A stretch of DNA of 10,553 nt from Planctomycetota bacterium (GCA_038227875.1 JBBRPR010000120.1:1-10553); one strand, 5' to 3'. Shown: positions 1 through 7,456, numbered from the stretch's first letter. Made by a program: numbers and translations. The notes: a model not told the origin generated them from the sequence alone.

Positions 1-126
1 GAACGGGAACGGGAACGGGAACGGGAACGGGAACGGGAACGGGAACGGGAACGGGAACGGGAACGGGAACGGGAACGGGAACGGGAACGGGAACGGGAAC
101 GGGAACGGGAACAGGAACAGGAACGG
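1..126 (+). repeat. Coding hexanucleotide tandem repeat (GAACGG)n, 21 units visible, continuing off the left edge
   Basis: 18 perfect GAACGG units (1-108), two GAACAG units (109-120) and one GAACGG (121-126). In frame 3 it reads ACG GGA = (Thr-Gly)n. The two variants are synonymous (ACA), consistent with coding. Confidence 0.97.
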
Positions 127-617
127 GCGGAGCGGGAGCCACGCCCACTGCGCTGCCGTTGAGAATACTAGCTATGAAAGGCGCTCTGAACGTAAAACCT
201 GGGCACGATTCCTGCAGCCTAAGCGGCAGCATTCTCGGGCTACCCGCAACGTTCATCGCCGTGGGTGCGCAGGTCGCTGTGAACATCGGCGGAGTGCCCG
301 CCACCTTCACGCTGGATGCCAAAGGTCATGGAAAATCGGCCCAGGGCACCTTTGCCCTCAAGTTGAAGTTGGCGAAAACGAAGGGAAGTAAAAGGCCGGC
401 TTTTCAAGGCGGAGACACACCATTCAAATTGACACTCAGGAACGGATCCTGGACGTCGATCTGGGTGGCAGACGGCATCGATCTCACAAAAACACAGCAC
501 AGCGCTCCATATGCGATGACCATTACACTCACGCTGAATGGTCAGCCCTACACAGCCGATCTCACTGGCGCTGCAAGAACGAGCCCAAAGAACGGCGCGA
601 CTTTCACTGGACACTAA
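3..617 (+). CDS. 3' part of a probably large secreted/surface protein: (TG)n linker followed by a ~150-aa beta-rich C-terminal domain (5'-partial)
   Basis: Frame 3 is open from the window edge: (TG)n-GAGATPTALPLRILAMKGALNVKPGHDSCSLSG...VAVNIGGVPATFTLDAKGHG...TFTGH*, TAA at 615-617. The TTG at 159 in the ORF track is therefore internal. From recall, the C-terminal domain resembles that of PKD-containing extracellular proteins of uncultured Planctomycetota (unverified). Confidence 0.8.
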   Translation, partial: TGTGTGTGTGTGTGTGTGTGTGTGTGTGTGTGTGTGTGTGTGGAGATPTALPLRILAMKGALNVKPGHDSCSLSGSILGLPATFIAVGAQVAVNIGGVPATFTLDAKGHGKSAQGTFALKLKLAKTKGSKRPAFQGGDTPFKLTLRNGSWTSIWVADGIDLTKTQHSAPYAMTITLTLNGQPYTADLTGAARTSPKNGATFTGH

Positions 618-758
618 AATTTTGCCGCTGCAGCAAAAGCCAATACAGGGAAATTCACTCGGCTTGTACGGAGCAACTTTGGGGATGCCGACTGAACTGA
701 GGGAAGAGTTGCTTATGCCCTATCGATAATGACAGATGTCAATTATTAGGAGAAATCA

Positions 759-842
759 ATGGCTCACGTTGATGATGTCGCTATCGGTGACGCGATTAAA
801 CCTTCCGGCGGCGACGTAGACGCAGTCGAGGTAAGACCGTGA
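759..842 (+). CDS. Possible 27-aa peptide or 5' remnant of a gene (MAHVDDVAIGDAIKPSGGDVDAVEVRP)
   Basis: AGGAGA at 748-753, 5 nt before ATG 759; TGA at 840-842; preceded by the palindrome TGACA-GA-TGTCA (730-741). Confidence 0.3.
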   Translation: MAHVDDVAIGDAIKPSGGDVDAVEVRP

Positions 843-1159
843 AACTTTCGTCGGACATTTTGTTAGTAACGATGAACCATGAGCAAAAGGGGACGTCCGA
901 AAAAGAGTGATAAGGTTCTAAGCGTTCGTTTCTTTCACGGCTACAAATCTGCGAACGAGTACACGTTTGTCGGCGGCGAGTCGCTGTGCAATGCGCGACT
1001 GCAAGGGGAGCGTTAGAGGCGAGGAAAAATCGGAGTCGGTTGGTCCGCCCGGCACGGTTACTGACTTCGGCTGAGATGTTCATCGGCACTTTCAGTGGGC
1101 GATGACCGATACATTGTTCCAATTATAACCTGAAGAGCGACGAAAAATAGCTGATAGCT

Positions 1160-1198
1160 AAAAGAAAAGCCTCGGTCGTTGTTACTGACCGAGGCTTT
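1160..1198 (-). terminator. Intrinsic terminator for - strand transcription
   Basis: Perfect 12-bp inverted repeat AAAGCCTCGGTC (1166-1177) / GACCGAGGCTTT (1187-1198) with a 9-nt loop. On the - strand the stem runs into TTTTCTTTT. It lies ~60 nt after the TAG at 1259-1261. Confidence 0.8.
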
Positions 1199-1258
1199 CG
1201 ACGCGTCATTTGCTGTTTCACTGGCGCGTACAGGGCGACGGTTCGCTATCGAGATAAC

Positions 1259-1411
1259 CTACCGAACCACACCTCGCCCGCCGCATTCTTGACAAGGTTG
1301 AAAACGCTTCCCTTTGCAAAACGAGCATTTAACCCCGCCAATTGCTCCTGATCAGCCGCAAAGTGAGCATTGAAAAGGACCCGTTCCGGAACCATTGCAA
1401 CTGCTACAGGT
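1259..1411 (-). pseudogene. DnaJ-type cysteine-rich zinc finger fragment (4x CxxCxGxG) with internal TGA, fused to the helicase frame
   Basis: Hand translation through the TGA at 1352-1354: T-CSSCNGSG-TGPFQ-CSLCG*SG-AIGGVK-CSFCKGKR-FQP-CQECGGRG-VVR*, with TAG at 1259-1261 followed by the terminator. Confidence 0.75.
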
Positions 1412-3214
1412 AAGCCCCGTCATCACCCGCTTGGGATGAACAATCAGCACATCCATTTCATCAAGGTGCTTGGCGATCCAGTCTTCCCGGGCAATCGGCT
1501 GAACTGTGTCGGGCATGATGACAGCGCGCAAATTGGCGCCATTCAGCATCGTCTGGATTTTGGGCCTTACATCATGTTTACCCGTAAAGCTGACGTAGAT
1601 GCAGCAGCGCCGTCCCGCCTTGAGTTCGGCCTGACAGATTTCGATCAAGCGCCGATCCTTGCCGTCGATGTGATTCTCGCCCAGGTCGGTCGGTTGAGTC
1701 ACAAACGTATCGCCGCGCCGATTCCCCTGTTCGTCATAGGCAGGACAGGTGATGGGGCCAAAGCCCCACGGCTTGTCCGCATAGGCGTCGAGAGCTTGGA
1801 TGCGGATCGTGGCGAGGACCGGCGGCCCCTTCCCCTTGTGCGCCTTCGTCTTGATCGCACATTCCAGATCGCGATCGATCTCGGTGTAAGCATTTCGCAA
1901 TTCGGATCCCATTTCGCAGGGTTCCAGAATGCGCTCAATCGTGGGCAGCGCGGGTCCTAGTTCGGACAGAGACATGAAGACGCCGCGTCCGATCAGGAAG
2001 TGGTTGTAAAGATCAGGGCTGATGCCAGGCCGCGGCCGTTCATCCGTTTTATACTCGCGCTTCCGGCCGCATGCGCCGCGCCGCACATTGCCGGCGAATT
2101 CATCGTCGACGCCCCTGACGATTTGATGTTCCATCACGCCGTACTGCCCGATGAAAGCACGCGCATTCCGCCCAATCGCGCCAATCTGGCCGCCACGCAA
2201 CGCCTGGAGATCGAAGCCGCGGCGACGCAACAGTTCCGGTGACATACGCCACAGCGGGGCATGCAGGTCACGAGCATGTCCGCCGATCAGCGTGCCGGTG
2301 AGTGCGATAGTGTAGCGACACGCCGCCGCCAGCGTGCCGAACGTATTGCCCTGGATCGTGTCGGACCCTGCCAGTTCGTGAACCTCGTCGGCGATCAGCA
2401 GGTCGAAGAACCGCCGCATTTTGCGCTGGATATACCGGTCCAGGTGGGGTCCCTTGCGGAAGCCGTAGGCGGCCGTACTCAGTTTGTCGTGACAGCCGGC
2501 GCATCGAACCGGCGTGTCGGATTCCATGTAGTCGGAATAGGAAAGCGCGTTCTCCTGATCACCACTGCGTTCCTTCAGTAATGCCCCGCAGGTCGGGCAT
2601 GCCGCCGCCACCAGCGGTTTGCGCACGTCGGTCGAATTGCCCCTGGCATCAGCGATCGCCACGGTCTGAAGTACGGTTCGTAGCGCCGCACAGGGCCGAT
2701 CCACGTCGAATCCCAGCTTTGCCGTTTCCTTGGAAATCACAGCGACAGCTGGACCCACGTGTTTGATGGCAGCGTCACGCCAGCCAGTCAGCTCTGCAAA
2801 GGATTTGATCACACGCACCAGCACACCGGGTATCGCCCACTCCACTTCGCGCTTCCACTTCCGAACCAAGTGGCCAGGACTTAAGACCAAGACACGGAAC
2901 TGGCGTTTCTGGTGGAGCAGCGCGTAGGCCGCGCCCAGCGACATGGGACTCTTCCCCGATCCCATTTCGGCAATCAGCCAGGTGCGCCGGTACCGCTGCA
3001 AACCCTTCACCGCCGCCGCAATCTTCTCCAGTTGGGATGGGAAGTACGTAAAGGGTTTCCCGCTCAACCGGGACCGGTTGGATTCTATGGCCGACAAATC
3101 CAGTACGGGGTCCACTCCGGGCCGATGGAACGGCACCAGCGCCTTTTCACCGGTGTTAGCCATGGCGGAGCCGTACTTTGAAATCAGTTCGCTCAGGTCG
3201 TTTGCCAGTTTCAT
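1352..3214 (-). CDS. SF2 (SNF2-like, DExH) helicase/ATPase of the ICE methyltransferase-helicase module, C-terminally truncated and chimeric
   Basis: Walker A AEMGSGKS, motif Ia VLVLSPGHLVRKW, Zn insert CPTC...CAGC, Walker B LIADEVHE, motif III LTGT, and helicase-C region REDWI...DVLIVHPKRVMTGL. Motif VI is absent. AAAGGAG RBS; ATGA overlap with the upstream stop (3211-3214). Confidence 0.9.
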   Translation of the reverse strand: MKLANDLSELISKYGSAMANTGEKALVPFHRPGVDPVLDLSAIESNRSRLSGKPFTYFPSQLEKIAAAVKGLQRYRRTWLIAEMGSGKSPMSLGAAYALLHQKRQFRVLVLSPGHLVRKWKREVEWAIPGVLVRVIKSFAELTGWRDAAIKHVGPAVAVISKETAKLGFDVDRPCAALRTVLQTVAIADARGNSTDVRKPLVAAACPTCGALLKERSGDQENALSYSDYMESDTPVRCAGCHDKLSTAAYGFRKGPHLDRYIQRKMRRFFDLLIADEVHELAGSDTIQGNTFGTLAAACRYTIALTGTLIGGHARDLHAPLWRMSPELLRRRGFDLQALRGGQIGAIGRNARAFIGQYGVMEHQIVRGVDDEFAGNVRRGACGRKREYKTDERPRPGISPDLYNHFLIGRGVFMSLSELGPALPTIERILEPCEMGSELRNAYTEIDRDLECAIKTKAHKGKGPPVLATIRIQALDAYADKPWGFGPITCPAYDEQGNRRGDTFVTQPTDLGENHIDGKDRRLIEICQAELKAGRRCCIYVSFTGKHDVRPKIQTMLNGANLRAVIMPDTVQPIAREDWIAKHLDEMDVLIVHPKRVMTGLTCSSCNGSGTGPFQCSLCG

Positions 3215-3852
3215 GCCGCTCCTTTCAGCCGTGTGGCTCCAAAGCCGTTTTGTTTGCGTGAGCCGATCTCACGCACATAGTTGCCGATGATGCCATCGAA
3301 TCGTTCCGACGCGTCGGGCGCGAGAACGAAAGCCTTCAATGCCGGATCGATCCCGTGAGAATTGGCTGGGATCAGTAGACCCGACTGCCGAATGCGCGGA
3401 ACGAGCGCGACGCCCCAGCGCTCCAGGGTGGGACACGTCATTCGTGCCCGCAGCTTGGACCAGAGAGTACTATCGTTATCGGCCAAAATCAGATCGCCGG
3501 CGGTGTCGAGAGCGGCGACGTGATGCAGCCGTCCCTTCCATCGGGCAACTTCGAGCCGAGTGTCCCGGATTGTGAAATGGACGCCCAACCGGACCACTTT
3601 CCAGTCGCTGCCGAACGGTCCGCCACAGATCTGCCATTGCGCGTCCACCCTGCTTTCACTCAGCGCGCCAGCGATCGCATGTGCCGTCGAGTCCGCCGTC
3701 GCCGCCACTTCGAAATAGTAGAGCTGGTCGCCGGCGAGAATGGCGGCAGGCATGGTGGCGACGAGATCGGCTCTGATCGTGTCGCCACGTTGTACCAAAC
3801 AATGCAGTTTCGGTAACGCGACTGCCGCACTTTCGTCTTCCGTTTCATTCAT
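3211..3852 (-). CDS. Hypothetical protein (213 aa), probable conserved partner of the MTase-helicase module
   Basis: AAGGAG 8 nt before ATG 3852 (preferred over 3906). ATGA overlaps at both ends (3849-3852, 3211-3214). The segment LWSKLRARMTCPTLERWGVAL resembles the LW..L.....P.L..W motif I recall in the uncharacterised ICE protein encoded next to such MTases. Confidence 0.85.
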   Translation of the reverse strand: MNETEDESAAVALPKLHCLVQRGDTIRADLVATMPAAILAGDQLYYFEVAATADSTAHAIAGALSESRVDAQWQICGGPFGSDWKVVRLGVHFTIRDTRLEVARWKGRLHHVAALDTAGDLILADNDSTLWSKLRARMTCPTLERWGVALVPRIRQSGLLIPANSHGIDPALKAFVLAPDASERFDGIIGNYVREIGSRKQNGFGATRLKGAA

Positions 3853-4334
3853 GTCGCTTTCTCCTTGGTATGCCGCGTCTGGAATATGTGGTGGCATCGC
3901 AACCACGGATCCACTTCGCTGTCGTGGAATTCGGTTTCTTCCTCCACGTCGAAGCCGGGCCGTTGGGCATGATCGACCTGGCAGGGACGGTTTGTAACCA
4001 GTGATGGGACATTCCCGTCTTCGACGATGACGGCGACGTGGGTGGAGACGCGATCGAACGGAACTTCCATCAGCCCGCCACTACCGAAGGGCTCGAAGCA
4101 TTTGGACGTGGCCGGTACTTTTCCTGTCTCGTTACTCGACCGTTCAACCAGGAGATGCGTGACCGCATCGTCGAATTCAGTGTGGGCCACGTTCGGGTGC
4201 GGCGCACACTTATTGAACAACGCGTTCAGATCGACGCGGCGCAGCGCTCGTTGCGCCGCCGCCCGCTGGTTTGGAGCGGATTCGTCCACGACCTTTACGC
4301 GGACATTGGCGTGCAGTTGGACGTCGTATTTCAT
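3849..4334 (-). CDS. Hypothetical protein (161 aa)
   Basis: AAGGAG 7 nt before ATG 4334 (MKYDVQLHANVRVKVV...), preferred over TTG 4397. Its stop overlaps the next start (ATGA). Confidence 0.75.
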   Translation of the reverse strand: MKYDVQLHANVRVKVVDESAPNQRAAAQRALRRVDLNALFNKCAPHPNVAHTEFDDAVTHLLVERSSNETGKVPATSKCFEPFGSGGLMEVPFDRVSTHVAVIVEDGNVPSLVTNRPCQVDHAQRPGFDVEEETEFHDSEVDPWLRCHHIFQTRHTKEKAT

Positions 4335-4407
4335 CGGGTATCTCCTTGGGTTCGGCGGGTTCAATTGAGATCCGATAGTGGGAGTCGTCACCTTCAATCG
4401 CCGTGCG

Positions 4408-4515
4408 CTACGGCAGGCCCAGCGCCATCGCCTTCTCCAGGGCCAAGTTTTCGTTTGCCGCGTCGATCCGGATCGCGCTGGTGGCTTCCCACGTGATGCG
4501 GACTATAAATTTCAT
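4408..4515 (-). CDS. Small hypothetical protein (35 aa, MKFIVRITWEATSAIRIDAANENLALEKAMALGLP), not in the ORF track
   Basis: ATG 4515 overlaps the MTase TGA (ATGA), with GGAGG 4 nt upstream; TAG at 4408-4410. The beta-beta-alpha pattern resembles DpnD/PcfM-like small mobile-element proteins. Confidence 0.6.
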   Translation of the reverse strand: MKFIVRITWEATSAIRIDAANENLALEKAMALGLP

Positions 4516-5621
4516 TCCGCCTCCCCTTCACCACTTTCAGAATCGGAACCCACGTCTTCACCATCGTTCGACGAATAATCCTCAATCGATCCGTCGTCGC
4601 GAAGGCAGCGCACGTTCATGGCGTAGACGGTGCGAAAGATGTCCACGTCGGCGATCTTGTTTCCATCCGCATCCAATTTCTGTGTGGTTTTAGTCTGGCA
4701 GTTCTTGCGGCTCAGCGTGCCTTTCACGAGGAATCGGACTCCGTCCTTTTCAACCACGCCGTCGCATAGCCCGCCGGCCAGCGCCAGGGCCAGGTGTCCC
4801 GCCTTGAGGGGCAGTAGGGGCCGCTCGATGGGCGCGGCCGGGGCCAGTGCTTCCCGCAGCAGTGAATTGCGGAGGGGTGAGTGTGATAGCGCGTCCTGAA
4901 TCACGGCGGTGCTGAGACAGGTGCGCCGCAGTTTGATCGATTCGCCGATAGTCAGTGTGGCGATGGGATACCCTGCGTCGGGCAGGACAGGCCAATTTTT
5001 GCAATCTGCCCAATTGGGATGTTCGACCCGATTGTGGTTCAGCGGCTTATCGCGCCGTTGCGCAATCAGCACGCACTGCCTGAACGATTTGTACTCCGGT
5101 TCGGGATAGCGGTAGATGCCCAGCGGGTGGAAGTGGCGTTCCACCGCGGACGCCAAACCGGTTTGGATCTCGGACAATACGTAATCCGGCACGATCAGGA
5201 CCAAAACACCGTCGCGACCGCACCAGCCCCTCACGCGATGGAACAGCTCCAGTTCCATCCGCCCCGCGCCGCGGATCTTATCGTAGGGCGGATTGAACCA
5301 GAGCAGAGAGGCGCCGCGGTCACTATCACAGTCTTCAATCGCGGCCCAGATCGCTTCGCCGCCCGATTGGGAAAAGCGTGATTCTGCCACCCGGTGCCGT
5401 TCGCGGTCCGATTCGATTCCATACAATTTTACAGTCGTGTCTGTGCGGGCGTAGGATTGCCAGGCATTCCGTAGTTCGTCAATCGCGTCGCCACACCCGC
5501 AGCCCGCGTCCAGCACGGTGACAGTTCCATGCTGGGGCGGGACGACAAGACGACTGATGGCGTGAACGACACGGGATTGCGTGGGAAAATAGCCCTGCGC
5601 CACGCGTGCGATTTCACGCAT
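4512..5621 (-). CDS. Class I SAM-dependent DNA amino-methyltransferase (N6-adenine/N4-cytosine type), DUF6094-like
   Basis: N-terminal GYFPT, motif I VLDAGCGCG, YGIE, catalytic motif IV LWFNPPY (I-before-IV order), GVLVLIVP, and C-terminal PLLPLKAGHLALALAGG...FLVKG typical of ICE-borne members. AGGAG 6 nt before ATG. Confidence 0.92.
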   Translation of the reverse strand: MREIARVAQGYFPTQSRVVHAISRLVVPPQHGTVTVLDAGCGCGDAIDELRNAWQSYARTDTTVKLYGIESDRERHRVAESRFSQSGGEAIWAAIEDCDSDRGASLLWFNPPYDKIRGAGRMELELFHRVRGWCGRDGVLVLIVPDYVLSEIQTGLASAVERHFHPLGIYRYPEPEYKSFRQCVLIAQRRDKPLNHNRVEHPNWADCKNWPVLPDAGYPIATLTIGESIKLRRTCLSTAVIQDALSHSPLRNSLLREALAPAAPIERPLLPLKAGHLALALAGGLCDGVVEKDGVRFLVKGTLSRKNCQTKTTQKLDADGNKIADVDIFRTVYAMNVRCLRDDGSIEDYSSNDGEDVGSDSESGEGEAE

Positions 5622-5974
5622 GGAAAGCTCCTAAAAGTGGTTGGGATTAACGCACTGATCTTCTCATTCACTTCGATGGGACCGTCGATATATTGGTCTG
5701 ACGCTAAAAGACAAATACGCAACGCTGAATTGCGGATCGGTTACGAATCACGACCGCATAACTGGGCTGACTCAAGCACCAGACGCACCCTCGGATGTGG
5801 AAGAAGTCGAGCGTTACGAGAAGTGGTTCGCTGCAGGCTGGCCTAAAACCGGGTGCGGATTTAATTCATGGTCGTTCAGTAATTGACGGCCGCATCTGCA
5901 GGGAAGTTGTGATCGCAATCTCAAAAACAATGTGGGGAATCAAAGGTTCCTGACGGACTCTGGATTGCGTGGCA

Positions 5975-7066
5975 TTAGCACGCGCGGCGGATTTGACTGT
6001 GGCTGATAGTGGAGATGTTGGACTGGCCCTGCTCCGCTGCGAGGATCTGCCGGAACAAAGTCTGCAGCATGTCGTTATCCATCGTAATCAGCAGCGCAAC
6101 CGGCTCTTCGTTTTTGAAGAACGTAAGGCGGGACGATTTCGGATCGACGGAGACCTTCACGGAGTTCGCGCCGGTGACGGACTGGATGAATAGGAGACGG
6201 TGCCCATCCACGACCGTGATGCGCTCGCCAGGACCGGTGATGCAGACGAACGGCTGTGTTGCTTTGTAGACCTTTCCCACCACTGCGCCCAACACGTAGC
6301 CGCGGATCCCGGCGGCATACTTCGCGTCTTTCACGGTTTCATCGAACATTTTACGCGTCGATGCTTCCGGCACCGGATTGTCCGGACCATAGGGACCGCA
6401 CTTCGCGCTTTTGAGCCTAGCCTGGAATTGATCGCTGCAGGCGCTACGCAGCAGCATCGAGCGACCATCGGTGATGAACCGGCCATCAACGCCGGCGCAG
6501 TTGCCGTCGAACGCCTCCTTAGTGTTGGGGATCAGGGCGGCCATCGGTGCGAGCGTGGGCAGTTGCGCCGCCGACATTGGAATGATCGCCGCTGTCGGTT
6601 GTGAGTCGTCGAATTGTTTCGAGGCCGGCTGTTCGGCACGCGCCTTGGGCTCGAGCGTTGGTGGTGGAATCGGCTGCGGCTCGGGCTTCGTTTCCCGCGC
6701 CGTCACCGCGTCCTCGAAGCCGGTCCAGCAGGTGATGATCCCGATGGGAATAGAGCGGAGGGTCCAGCGGGCATGGCAGCGCTCCGACATCGCCAGGCTC
6801 ACGCTCCCGTCGCTTTCGTGGCGTTCACACTCGGGTCCTGCCCCGCCCAGCGCCGCGGTGTCCTGCAGTTTTGCGGCAGCAGTACGCAGTGGCGAGACTT
6901 TGTTTCGATCGCCATGCAGCCAATCCAGGGCAACACGGCGGACCGGCGTTGCGCGTTCCTTGGTCATGCACTCCGCCACAATCAACGCGGTGGCCCCCGC
7001 CGGTGCTTCACGCGCCCATTCTGCCGACGTCTTGATCTTCGGACCTTTACTGGTTCGATTACGCAT
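5975..7066 (-). CDS. Hypothetical two-domain protein (363 aa) with Pro/Glu/Ala-rich central linker
   Basis: Long ORF co-oriented with its neighbours. GGAG 6 nt before ATG 7066 (preferred over 7105); TAA at 5975-5977; linker KPEPQPIPPPTLEPK. Confidence 0.8.
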   Translation of the reverse strand: MRNRTSKGPKIKTSAEWAREAPAGATALIVAECMTKERATPVRRVALDWLHGDRNKVSPLRTAAAKLQDTAALGGAGPECERHESDGSVSLAMSERCHARWTLRSIPIGIITCWTGFEDAVTARETKPEPQPIPPPTLEPKARAEQPASKQFDDSQPTAAIIPMSAAQLPTLAPMAALIPNTKEAFDGNCAGVDGRFITDGRSMLLRSACSDQFQARLKSAKCGPYGPDNPVPEASTRKMFDETVKDAKYAAGIRGYVLGAVVGKVYKATQPFVCITGPGERITVVDGHRLLFIQSVTGANSVKVSVDPKSSRLTFFKNEEPVALLITMDNDMLQTLFRQILAAEQGQSNISTISHSQIRRAC

Positions 7067-7252
7067 GGTTTTCTCCAGGAATTTGACAATGCGACACCGA
7101 ACCACAGATGATTTTTGTGGCTCGGATCGCGGACCACGTCTAGGTATTTAAATTAGATGGCGAGTGCAATTCAGATTGGCGTACTGCGCTATAGGTCAAA
7201 GGCTTTGTAACGGGCTACTGGGTCAATGGCGTCGATCACTGACGCCTGTCCT

Positions 7253-7456
7253 TCAAATAGTGGTTAACGAACCCGCCGCCTCAAATTTGGCCAGCGGAGG
7301 GGAGTCGCCAGTGACGTGCAGGCTGTAGCGCACGCCGCAAAGGCGACACGCCAGATTGACGACCGAGTTGGGCGTTAACGGCACACTGAACGTTTCGGGA
7401 TGGGTGCAGGCGGGATTCGTACACTGGCCTAACCAGCCCTGCGAATCGCTGGTCAT
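7253..7456 (-). CDS. Small putative zinc-ribbon protein (67 aa)
   Basis: CTNPAC and CRLC cysteine pairs; GAGGTG RBS; ATGA overlap with the receiver gene stop (7453-7456). Confidence 0.65.
   Translation of the reverse strand: MTSDSQGWLGQCTNPACTHPETFSVPLTPNSVVNLACRLCGVRYSLHVTGDSPPLAKFEAAGSLTTI

Noticed and set aside
1..126. Repeat as a CRISPR array or telomere-like repeat
   Set aside because: There are no spacers, and it is an in-frame coding hexamer with synonymous variants.
796..1122. 108-aa - strand ORF
   Set aside because: TTG start without an RBS, located downstream of the - strand terminator, with no recognisable motif.
1352..1354. TGA = Gly (genetic code 25) as the explanation for the stop at a Gly position
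   Set aside because: The MTase, 161-aa, 213-aa, receiver, DUF932 and transposase genes all end at TGA, several in ATGA overlaps, so TGA is a normal stop here.
1329..1411. Shifted frame after TGL reads (D)L*QLQWFRNGSFSMLTLRLIRSNWRG*, faintly like helicase DL...GYS..TLR....WR.G, suggesting a mere frameshift
   Set aside because: It contains a TAG, lacks the motif VI Gln/Arg pattern and ends at once, whereas the unshifted frame has four well-spaced CxxC repeats. At most it hints at microhomology (ACCTG) at the junction.
1410..1432. GTAAGCCCCGTC at the helicase junction resembles an IS66 terminus
   Set aside because: Nearly all of it is the antisense of the conserved KRVMTGL codons, and it does not match the IS end at 10202 beyond GTAA.
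1352..5621. Calling the operon a restriction-modification, BREX or DISARM defence system
   Set aside because: No nuclease, specificity subunit, PglZ, DUF1998 or phospholipase D gene is recognisable, and the sequences fit the ICE backbone MTase/helicase type better.
5622..5974. ncRNA or sigma70 promoter in the 350-bp spacer before the MTase
   Set aside because: Only weak matches (e.g. TTGTCT-N16-TATATC on the - strand) and imperfect stems were found, which cannot be supported by eye.
7228..7246. GGCGTC-N7-GACGCC hairpin after the Zn-ribbon gene as a terminator
   Set aside because: The stem is only 6 bp and has no U-tract on either strand.
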